A DNA stretch of 64,000 nucleotides, from contig NC_042997.1 in NCBI RefSeq assembly GCF_006345805.1, positions 74,276,001-74,340,000 on the forward strand, written 5' to 3'. The stretch's first letter is position 1. The number at the start of each line of letters is the position of its first letter. The position numbers and the translations under genes are program-made. This DNA comes from Octopus sinensis. Its lineage: Eukaryota. The notes beneath the pieces were generated by a model. The model had not been told where the DNA came from and searched no databases. It was given only the letters and a program-made list of their open reading frames with translations. Shown piece after piece: positions 49,369 through 61,088 of this stretch.

Positions 49369-50370
49369 CTGAAATTTTCAGTATGTCACAACATTTTGAA
49401 ATATGCAATTTACTTTGATAATGATGTTGATGTTGGTGATGGGAATAGTGATGGAAGGTAATGATAGTTGCAATAATAATAATGGCGATGGTAGGCATTA
49501 CAGCTATATCACTTCTTGCCATACTTCTTGACAAAGCATCAAAATCAAAAAAATTCAAGCATTTGCATTCCATATCTTGTTTAGGAAACAGAAGTTCGGT
49601 TATGAACTTCTGTTAGAAGAGTTCATAGGAGAACTTGTTAAGTTCAAATGCATATGAAATGTAGGATATTGCCTTTTATTTGAGAATGAGGAAGAACAAG
49701 TGATGTTGTTGCTTGGATTGTAGAGAAGTAACTGAAGGAAGAATTGAAGTTAAAGTTATGTAGGGAGGGGGAAAGAAACAGGTGGTGTAAGTTGGCTAGA
49801 CTTTTGAGTGGAAGGTGAATTGAGTGGGAGGTGGTAGGATAGGGAAGGTAAAAAGAGCCTATGCCTCATACAATAGCAGAAGAAAAGGAAAAGAGTTCAA
49901 ATAAAGAGGGAGAATGGTAAACTGAGGACACAAGAAACAAGCAACTGTGCCTTGAAAAGCTATTTAAAAATAAAGAACCCCATAGTATATTTTTCACTTT
50001 GAATAATGAAATATTTAGCCAGTAATGGTAAAATTAACTGAATGCAAACACACATCCACATATACACATATGTACGCTGTCATTTACAGACATACATGCA
50101 TACAATTAAACGCAAACTTTTTTCCACTGTCACTTTCAGTATTAGCACCTATTCCTTTTTTTTTTGCTTTCTTTTAAATTATTTACTACAATTTTATTAT
50201 GATGTTCAATCAACATAAATGAATATTTAATCTTGCAGGTGAATGTCCAATCATATTCAAATGAAAAATGCATAGAAGCATTAATGCATATTTGAATATA
50301 CATCAATGCTTCTATGCATTTTTTCACACACATATATGCATGTATACATACAAAAGTAATTGGGACTTAC

Positions 50371-50631
50371 TTTATTGAGAGTGTCAAGAGCCTCCATTGC
50401 AGCTTGAAGAGCTGGTTCAGCTTTAGCAAGATCTTCAGAACAATCTTTAGCTTTTTGTGATACTTCTTCATTAATTATTTGTACTTTTATAGCTTCTTCA
50501 TCAGCAATAGCTTTTTCTTGGGCAACTTTCTCAGTCTCTGCACCAACGATTGCTATCAGTTTATTTGCATCTTCATTTTTCTCAGCAAGTTCAATTTCTT
50601 GCTCAGCTAATTTGGCCTTTAAATCATCAAC
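50371..50631 (-). CDS. DNAH9/DNAH17: Axonemal dynein heavy chain (outer-arm beta type), exon: stalk coiled coil CC1 (VDDLKAK...DTLNK)
   Basis: 87 codons, with ttttaag acceptor and gtaagt donor. Matches the conserved VDDLKAKLA.QE.EL..KNE.A..LI..VG.ETEKV and AEPAL.AA..AL.TLNK motifs. The exact paralog cannot be resolved by eye. Confidence 0.95.
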
Positions 50632-51685
50632 CTTAAAACAAAACACATAAGACTCCAAATATTCAAAAATTAAACAAAAGAAATTGTTATTGTTCAATCC
50701 CAGGTCAGCAATGATGAAGGAAGGATGCCAAAACTGTGACCATTCTGTCCTCTCTTCAGAACTACATCCCCCAACATGTCCTTTAATTTTTAAGACAATA
50801 TATTATGATTTGAAAGGTAGTTGGCTGTTAATTCTTGTAGGTCAAGCAGCAATGGAGAGCTTAGAAGTTAGAAGAAGGTGGTTGCATGAAATAAGGTATT
50901 GTGAAGTCAGTATGCAACTTGTTTTAAGAACAGAGAACATAGAATTATCAGTAAAAGAGACAGAAGGAGTCAGTTCAACTGTTGTTAAGAGATAAAAGTT
51001 TGTAAACCAAACAAATTGCATATTGTTCTGATGTAGGTGTATGCCGTGTATGTACATGGTGGCTGCAGCTTCCCAATTGTGTAAGATGTACTCTTTGAAT
51101 AAGACAAAGTTATTCAATTACCCCTTATAAGATAGATATGAGATTTGTTTATTGTTGGTGACGGGGAAGCCATTCTTACAGGTCAGAGACTGTCAAAGTT
51201 ATATATGAACCCATTGTACTTCATATAGCAATGGAAGAATGTTAGGTGGTTTAACCTGCTTAAGAATATGTGCTTTTAATTTTTACTTTACAGTACACAG
51301 GTTGTTAAGATATAAAAGTAAAGTTTGGAAAGATAACTGAATTATGAGTGAGATACACTAGAAGGAGAGAAAAAGAGAATGACATGACAAGATGCTTCTG
51401 TTCTTGAAGAAAAACTTATCTTTTGGTGATGTTTTTATGTGCCAGAGACTATTGGTATGCAATGTCAAACAAAATACTATTTATTGCATCGCAAATGAAT
51501 ATCAAGAAAACTCTCTCTCTCTCTCTCTCTCTCTCATTCTTTCTCTCTCTTCTTTGAATTCTTCTGGTGAGGAAGGGGCTAGTTTCTAACAAAGATATAA
51601 GCCCGAACATTGGAATATAGATAACATCTTGAACTTGAGAAAAATTTTGCATATTTTTACAGTCCCATTAACATTGTATTTATGA

Positions 51686-54600
51686 CTAGCAGAGGTACCC
51701 AGCATTGCTCGGAGTGTGAACACTTTGTCATTATAAGAACATTTATTTTATAGTCTAACAGCCAGCGCTGCCGAAGCTTTTTTGAAAAACGTAAGTAATT
51801 CCATGACAAAATCTATCGAAAATCACAAAAACCTTCAACATATTTCTGAAATATGTCATAACCACAGAAATGAGAAAAATACAGATTTTTCTTAGAAAAA
51901 TTGAAATATATGGGTGTGTAATGAATTGAAATTTATGAAAATACATATGAGAAAGGAATAATATTGAAATTTAAAACCTCTGAAATGTGCAATACACTCA
52001 ATGTTTTAGTAAGAACATGCAAAATTGTAGAAACTTACCAACTTTTGCAGTGCTGCTAACAATTCCTCCAGGTGAAGTCCCACTACGGAGAGTGTTTGCC
52101 CCTGCAATTTGTTGCTGGACATCACAAAACTTACCTGAACGGGTAATTGCAACTGCCTGAAAGTAAAGGGTATTTCCGCCCCTTATGGAATAAAGCAAAT
52201 CCTTGTTATGAAGAGGTCATCTCCATTTCAACTTCTCATAACATGCATGTTTGCAATATCACTGCAAATAATGCCCTGAGACTTTTGGGGGACTTTGATG
52301 CAGCAGCCTCTTCCAGCACTGCATGACACCATACCCCATCTTGTAGTAAACCATATCTCGCTATCAATGCTTTTCAGCTCATGTAAATATGTTGATACTC
52401 TGACCTTGTGCAGTGAAAGACCGAGGTAGAAACACTCCTGTTGACTGCAGTGGACTGTGTAAACTCTCCCAAGGCTTGGGCTTTGATGCAGCAGCTTCTG
52501 CCAGTATAGCATGCCACTGTGCTCCATCTCGTAGTAACCCATGCATAAAACAGGTCTTTCACCATGTTCCACATATCTATTCATCAAAGCTTTTCAGATC
52601 CTGTTCACTGGGATGGACTATGTAAACTCTCTCTAGGCAATTGCCAGGATGTCCATCAACATCTTGACCAGCCTTTCTTTGTAGCCACTACTTTTTGACA
52701 TTTGAAAGATGTGTGGAGGTAGATACATAGAAAGACTGCAGAACCTCTGTGTAAACAATATTTTTTGTTTTCCCGTGTGAAGCGAATGTGAATAGATTGT
52801 TTTTGGTCTTCACTCTGGAGTAGCCAACATATAATTGCCCATGTGAGAAACATGACTCCTCCAGGTGAAGTTCTGCCACAGAGGGTGTTTTTGGAGCAAG
52901 TATTGCCTTTTCACACAGCCAAGTGAGATTTTTGTAATTTTCATGCAGATTGGGAAACATAACAGATTTGAGATCATCAATGGTACTAATGATGGTGCAA
53001 ACTGAGCTGAGTGAAATTATTCCACACGTATCCAGAGGTATCTTGCCGTTGCCAAGGCACAAAATGTCTTCAGCAAATTTTGCCAACAGTCGGTCACCAT
53101 GCATATGAGCTCTCATGTTGGTGTTAAGATGCAATGTTGTGACATGGTGCCATAGTGGAGAGGACTTAAGACATGCTTGGACTTCATCTGCCCTGGTTCC
53201 TTTGGGAATTACGGGAAGAGCCTGCCTGAAATCCCCAGACAATAAAAAAGTGACACCCTCCATGGGACCCTGACAGTCCCTGATGTCTTTTAGTGTTCGA
53301 TCTAAAGACTTCCTTTGTGTGCCATGATGCATTCATCTCACACAATGACCTGACACCTTCTCAGAACTTTTGCATTTTCTGAGCTCTTACTGATTTGGCA
53401 AGTAGGTGTGTCAGAACTTGTCATATTGAAAGGAAGCTTAAATGTAGAGAATGATGTCCTGCCACCAGGCAGTAAAGTTGCAGCAACCCCAGAGGATTCC
53501 ACAGCTAACATGATGCCCTTGTACTGTCTAACTTTGGTTAGAAGAAGCTTTATCACATGTTTTTCCTGTTCCCCTTGGAGCATCCAGGAAAAATATGTCT
53601 CCTCTCTGGGGGAGCATGCAGCCAACATATCTGGTGAGAGCCTCAGCATTGTAGGATGTTTCTTGTAGAATGTATGTGGGAAGAGAATTTGATGCTTCCC
53701 TTAATGTTTGTAGCAAGATGTATGTGGGAAGAACATTTCCACCCATTGAAACGAACTTGTCGTCTATGTCAATCAACTGAAGATTGTAAATTTCATCACT
53801 GCATGACAGGACCCAGGATGCATTTGTGCTTGATGTTTCCAATCTCTGGAGAGTTCATTCCTGTACTTCAACCACAAAGATCTGGGATCACATAACTCAC
53901 ATGTTTGCAATATCACTGCGAACGATGCCCTGAGACTTTTGGAGGACTTTGATGCAGTGGCTTCTGACAGTGTTGCATCTCACTGTGCCCCGTCTTCTAG
54001 CAACTCATGCTTGAAGCAGGCCTCCCAGTATGTTCCATATACATTGCCATCAAATGTTTACAGGTCATGGAAACATGTGGGTCCTCTGACTTCATGCAGT
54101 AGAAGATGGAGGTAGAAACACTCCTGTTGACTGGGATGGACTGTGTAAACTCTGCCAAAGCAATTGTCAAATTTTATCCCAGGATGTCCATCAACATCTT
54201 GATCAACCTCTCTTCATGCCCACTTCTTTTTGTTCCATGTGTAGTAGGATGGCACCTGTGGATAAAGCAATGTTTGAGCAAAATCATTGACTTGGCAAAG
54301 TTTAAAAACACTGTCAGATTGGTTTCATTTGGTTTCTGTGCCTTGGTAAAATACACTCTTTAGCCATTTTCAAGGTGCACTGCCAAGTTTTCAATGACTT
54401 TGCTGCAATGGAAACCTGAAAATTTGCCAGAAGGCCTCATTGCTACTGAGGTATTGACCCACTTGGTATTGAGCTACCTCATCTCTGCTGTTTTCTTTAT
54501 GAAAACCAAACATTGGAACCTGTGTTCACATACTTACACACGTATTTGATGGATTTAACAGAGCTGCAAAATTAAACATTGGTGTGGATGTTGAATGTAC

Positions 54601-57350
54601 TGAGTAGGAGTGGACAGTATGGGACTATCCATCTGTTATCAACTTCATGCTGTCCAACCATAGCAGGTTTTCTTCACCTGTATGATGGATACCCATCAGG
54701 ACCAGTCTGGGTTTCCAGAAGAAAATACCTGGGAAAGTTTTTGGTGCACACATTGTCTTTTAAATAGGGTGAGTATAAACTGAAGCCATGTCCACATGGG
54801 CCATACACCATGTTTGACTTCACTGTGGATGGATCTGGTAGCTTGGCAGAGGTAATTGTCATTGAATTAGATCTTGATCGATAACCAAATCAGGATATGA
54901 GCATGAGGTAGGCCACTTTTTTGCCATTCCACAGTGTACATGTCCAAATACCTGACCTTTTATGATGAGGTCCATCAGTTGAATCAACTCTAACTGAAAG
55001 ATTCTAGCCATGAGGTCTTGCCTATGCTTGGGTTTTTGACCTGTGAAGAGTTCACTACTGATCTCTTGTCACTTAGAATTGCATGTGAAGGTGATCAGGC
55101 CTACTATATTGTCACACATATGTCATTGAATCCTGGGTCCTCTCATGCATATAGCAGGGACCTCCTGTAAATGTAAATGGAAGGATGCAAACTTGTCCAA
55201 TGCTTCTGGGAGCTGCATCATTGTAGAAACCATCTTGAAGTTGGATGTAGCTGTCACAATGCAGCTTTTTCTGATTTAATCTGATGAATATCAATCTCTC
55301 AGACTCCATTTTTGCACTCATATCAACTGCAAATTGGTGGTAGAGTGCATGGGACTGTTGTAGGTGGTTGAAGCAGTTCTCACATGTCATAAAGCAGTAC
55401 ATGCAGAAGTCCATACATGAAACTGTTTTGTTGCTTTGATCTCCAGCATTGTTGGTGCTATACTTTGGAATGCCAAAATGGTAACCATTCTCACCATTTA
55501 CAAAAAGAAGGGGATACTGAAGTGCATCGTAGGATCTATGTGTTTCACTGATCCTTTGTTGCATGTTGTCTCAACACTTGTACTGGTCACCATGGAGGAC
55601 AACAGCAATCTCATTGCATGCTGATGCATTATAGTAGCCTGCGTGCTTCCCAGCTGGTCTTTGGTCAGCATTTAGTACAATGATGAAATTTGGCATAGTT
55701 TCTGTTTCCAAAGCGTACCTGAAGCTTTGGACAAAGCTGTTTCTGGAATACATCATATCCTGAAGTTGCAGAATGAGCTCCATGTCAGTACCATGTGAAA
55801 TGGAGTTGCACCTGCCTGCTTTCTCATACCAGTTCCCAACAAAGTACAGCTGAAGAAATCGAGGCTCTTCATTTTCAAGAGGCTGGAGTGATCCAATCCT
55901 ACAATACACCTGTCCCTGTACTTTGAAAGTGGGTAGAAATCCAACATCTCTGAAAATATTAGCACCAAAAGAGGTCATTTGAAATGTGCAATCATACTTT
56001 CAAATGTTATCCAGGAAGTGCTTTGACTCTGCTGTTGTACCTGTAAGTAGAAGCTTTAACAGCTGTGTCCTGGCCATCTCTGGGTGTTTCAGAATGGGCA
56101 ACTAAATGACATACCACCAATCTGCAGGGTCTAGAAATACCATGGACATTACCTCTTCTCTGAGCATTATCCCCAAGTCTGGGGATAATGTCCTATACTT
56201 TCTGCTGCTCATGCAGCAGCAACTGCTGTTGCATCTCTTTTCTGGTGAACAGCACACTGTTCTTTGTTCTCTGCATTTCCTGGCATGGCGAATGGCATGC
56301 TGTTCTTTGTTCTCTACAGCTCACACAGCTGCAGTTGATGTAGCATTCCTATTATGAAGAATAATGCAATGTGACTGACTCAGGTTAGCACGACATGAAG
56401 CTGTTAATGTAGCATTTCTGAAGTGCTGACTGCTACACTACTCCTTACTTTCCATGGCTCTGGCATTTGGCTGTGCAAGCAGCATCTTTTGAATGTCTTC
56501 ATACAGTCTCGTCTGAGGATTCATTTGCTCTCCTCTTCAATGTCTCTGCTGCAGCAGTTTTGTAACCAATACAGGCTCTTTTCTTAGGTGGTATTGTCTA
56601 AGAGGTTTGAAGCTTCAAATACGAAACCAGATGTGGCAATGTTTAAAATGAAGAAAGTAATCTCGTGGGAGGAAACTACAGATAGTGTAAATAAATTGAA
56701 CCCAAATGTCAGGCAGATCTGTTGAAACTGAATTGTAATTGAAGGTAGAAGTTGCAAAACTGAATTTAGACACAACAGATTAATAAAAATGAGAAATAAC
56801 TAAGTAATTTTTCAATCATAATGTGAAAAAAAACTGCAATGACATAGATTTAAATGTAAGGCTATGTGAAAGACACAGAAAACAATTTTTATACAGAAGT
56901 TATTTTGTGTGAGTTAAAGATAGAAAGAGAGAGAGAGAGGAGAAAAATAGTGAAAGAAACAGACATAGAAATAAAGAGAGGAACAGTGACAGATGGTCAG
57001 AGTGGAGAGAAGGAAAGAGAACAGATAAATAGACATTGGATGAAAACTGCAGAAGACAAAAGTAGAGAATCTACTGGAAAATGAGAGCGAAGACAAAGAT
57101 ATTCACAGATGACAAAATTGAAATACATTGAACTTCATTTTCAGGCAATTTTTGCGAAATTGAATATAAGCTGAAGTCAATTTCTGGGCAGATATGGCAA
57201 ATATAAACACACTGAATAAAAAAATGAGAAGTAACTAATTTATTTTTAATTTGAAATGCACAGATACGCTAGCAATACAGATTTTAACGCAATACTATTT
57301 GAAAGACACAGAAGTCAATTTGTAGTCAAAATAAGTTATTGTGTCATTTT

Positions 57351-57384
<34 letters not shown>

Positions 57385-57484
57385 TGAAATTAATGAGAAG
57401 AACAGTGATAGATGTCAAGCTTGTAAAAAAAGGAAAGAGAAAAGATAGATAAACAGAGGAGAGAAGAGGGAGTGTGTCAGCTTA

Positions 57485-57520
<36 letters not shown>

Positions 57521-59325
57521 AGAGAGAGAAAGAGAGAGAGGGAGAGTGAGTGAAAGAAACAGACATGGCATTAAAGAGAGGAACAGTGACAGATGTTGAA
57601 ATTGATAAAGAGGGAAGAGGGAGAGAATCGGATGAAAACTGCAGAAGTCAAAGGATTTGTTTTTTACAGTTGGTTTCTTGCATTATGCAGGAGCTTTGGG
57701 CAAAATGTTATAGTGCATGACCATCCATGGTACATAAGTAATGTATGCATAAAGTTGGTGAAAATCAGTTGAAAACTGTAGAGATGCATACATATTACAT
57801 ACACAGACATCCTTTGTTTTATATATATTAGCAGGTGTATCCAGCATTGTCTGGGGCTGTTTGTTAAGTATGCCTGTTCGGTTATTAGACCATTCACAGA
57901 TGCACCTCTGAACTGAATGACACAAAATCATAATGGCAGATGTTCCCTGCATTGTTTGATTTATTTAGCGCAATAGTGAACATGCATAGTCATATGCCCA
58001 CACCATTGTCCTTGTTTTCCATTGGGACAGTAGGTCGATCAGTAAAAAGACTGGCAGTAATTTAGTTTATTTTCCTAACCACATAACTGCTGACATATGC
58101 TGTTTAGCAGAAGGAAAGGTTGAGCCTAAAGATATGAGGTAAAGAGTAGTATGTTTGCCTGCTGTTTTGCTGGGTTGTGCATACAACATTATCTGAACAA
58201 AAAATTTGATGTGTGGCCTGTGCAAAGAAGATGAAAAGTGTAGTATCTGTTGCCTACGTCACAACTGGGGGCACTTAATGGAGAGCATACTGTGAAGATT
58301 ATGCTAATGAAATAAATAAGGCGACAAGGGTATGGTTACCTGATGTTTGTTGCATAGAGCAACATCCATTGTTGTCTTTCCCCTGTAGTCTCTGTAGCAT
58401 GTGCAGTAGCATCTCTTGTAAGTCAATCTGCATGTTGTGCTGCTGCAGTCTCTGCAGCTCATGCAACAGCAGTTGAGGAAGCATCCCTTGTAAGTCAAAC
58501 AGTGCATTGTGCTGCAGTCTCTGCCGCACAATGAGCAAGCATTTCTTGTTCGGAGTGCTGAACATTGCTCATTGCTCTGGGCGGCTTGTTGCGTAGCAAT
58601 ACATGCTAACTGATCACAATGCTGCCCTTCACTTTTCTTTCTTCACGCTGAAGCCATCCTAAGGGCACTGAGAGAATTCCTCCTGGTGGCATCCTCGGCA
58701 AATTCATTTGCGTGCATATGTTTACTTTTCTTTGCAGCATTTGTTTGCCGACCTATATTGGATCTTTTGCATTGAGGCATGGTGGAAAATTATCAGTTTA
58801 CACAATAGAAAAAGTCCTAAGGAAAAAGCGGTGTAGGAAAAAAATGTGTAGCACCCAAAAGAACAATAAAATGTAGTTGGCAAAAATGTTAATCAAACAG
58901 ACTGAATTAAGGATTTTTAATTTTGGGTAAGAGTTTTGAAGTGGCTAGTTTAAGTTGGAATAGTTATATGAAAAAGAGTGCTCATATGAAAACAGGCAAA
59001 TCGTAACTCACAAATGAATACTACTGGCAGTACTGTGAAAGCAGTCGATAAGAGCTCGCCACAGCTGACAAAGTAAAGTATTGATTTTTTCCAGCGGGGT
59101 GTGTGTCATGTTTTTCGCTGGTTCAAGCCAAATCCTAGGTGAATTGAGAGTAGTCTATTTATGTTGAGGGCATGGAATTTCAAGGAAAAAATTATAAGAA
59201 AAAGTATCCTAAGTTAAAGAGAACACACATGTCAAATTTGGTGAAATTCGGTTGAAAATTGTAGGAGTAGAAGTGGTTCACACAATACACAGATAGACAG
59301 ACAACTTGCCTTTTAATATATAAGA
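51686..59325 (-). mobile_element. Decayed autonomous-type Helitron (Rep/HUH plus Pif1 helicase) with both termini
   Basis: 5' a|TCttatatattaaaagg (59325). ORF start MPQCKRSNIGR (~58781), FQMTSFGA, HRSYDALQYPL, EWQK.GLPHAHILIW (~54880-54930), SSGVAATLLPGGRT, GDFRQ.LPVI, KNIVYTEVLQ. 3' hairpin ccgagcaatgctggg, then CTAG|t (51686). Confidence 0.93.
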
Positions 59326-60197
59326 TCAAATGTGTACCATTGCATAGGCATGGTGGGTTCAAATCCTAGGTGAATTGAGAGTAGTCTATTTATGTTGGGG
59401 GCGTGGAATTTCGAGGAAACAACTTGCCTTTTAATATATAAGATAGATGGGCAAGTTAGCTGGCTGATTTCTTTTTCTGAAAAACCCAGCTTCCCCAGAT
59501 TGTCACTTAGATATTTACTTACAAAACCATGTGCACCAATTATTTATGGTATAAATGTGAATTTATAATCTGGGTATAGGAGCTACAAGTTTTGGAGCAG
59601 TTATCCATAGTTTCAAACATTTTCTTGTCTGTCCTAAACAACAATATCTGGCCTGTTAAGTTTACATTTGGCAGAATTTTTGCTAGAAATGTTCCACCAG
59701 TATTCTTTATCTTGATGTCTGTGTATGTCTACACAAATAAAATTCGTTTTGCTGACTGACAGATGTCAGTCCACTTTACTTGCTCAGTATACCCTCCTCT
59801 TCCTTTGATGATGTTAGTCCAATTTACTCATTTGCCATGCCCTCTTCTTCCCTAGACATTAGCATTCCAATAAAAATAAGTAAATGAAAAATATGATGCT
59901 AATTGTTTGCTGGTATCTGTGTGTGTGTGTGTGTGTGTATGTATGCATACATGCATACGTGTAACTCTATGAGACTGTGTTGAAATGTTTGTATGTGTAC
60001 GTAACTGTATGAGACTGTGTGTTTGTGTGTCTCCTCATAACCATGTGAGATTAACCAGAAATAACCAAAGTATTATTTCACAAATTGTGAGCAGATGATA
60101 GTTGTATGTGTATATATATATATATATATTATACATTAATGTACATTTGTATATATATATATATGTGTGTGTGAGTGTATGTATATACACATGTTGA

Positions 60198-61077
60198 CTT
60201 TTAACCTGTCATTCATATTCATATTTTTAAGCGTCGATCGTAACCCTAATCCCGTTTCTCTGTTATCTATATCGCCATATTGTCAACATGGCTTCCTGTC
60301 TTTTTCAATTCCTTCTTTGCTTTCAGGGCCACCCTGTGTTATTCCATTCCCCAGAATTCCTTACAAATACTCTCTCGCTCCCTCTCATTTAAATTGTTTT
60401 ACTCCCCCCCCCCAATCCCTAACTCCTTATAAACCAGTGTACGATTTATTTCGTCCTACTACTCGAGCTACTTGCTGACAACATGGATCTCAGAAATATG
60501 ACCAGCTAAGCGATCTTAACTTTTAACCTGTCATTCATATTCATATTTTTAAGCGTTGATCGTAACCCTAATCCCGTTTCTCTGTTATCTATATCGCCAT
60601 ATTGTCAACATGGCTTCCTGTCTTTTTCAATTCCTTCTTTGCTTTCAGGGCCTTCCCGTGTTATTCCATTCCCCAGAATTTCTTACAAAATACTCTCTCT
60701 CTCCCTCTCATTTAAATTATGTTCTACTCAATTTCCAAAGTTTCTAGATGGTGTGTAATATTCACTACGAATTATATTCATCCTCGTTGCTCCTTCGAGG
60801 CGCCCGCCCTCCAACCCCCTCCACCAATACCGGAAGTTTCTACCTCTGTCTTGACCCCCCCCCCCCCGCATATACATCCACTCGCACCTCTATGTCGGTT
60901 CTATTTGATCAAATAGAGCAAAAACGGTGAAACGTATGCAGCTAGTAGTCTCTCGCCCTCCACCAACACCAGAAGTTTCTAACCCTGTCTTACTTTACTA
61001 CCCCCAACCGCACCCCTATGTAGGGTTTATTTGATAATATAGCGCAAAAACTGTGAAAAGTATGCAGGTTGTAGTCT
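60198..61077 (+). repeat. Two pairs of direct repeats immediately upstream of the RTE ORF
   Basis: ~60198-60395 vs ~60519-60718 (few mismatches); ~60817-60950 vs ~60956-61077 (more diverged). Confidence 0.85.
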
Positions 61078-61088
61078 AGTGTCCCAGT

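Noticed and set aside
60780-61088. HDV-like ribozyme at the RTE 5' end
   Set aside because: A cctcg/cgagg hairpin is present, but I could not assign the nested double pseudoknot.
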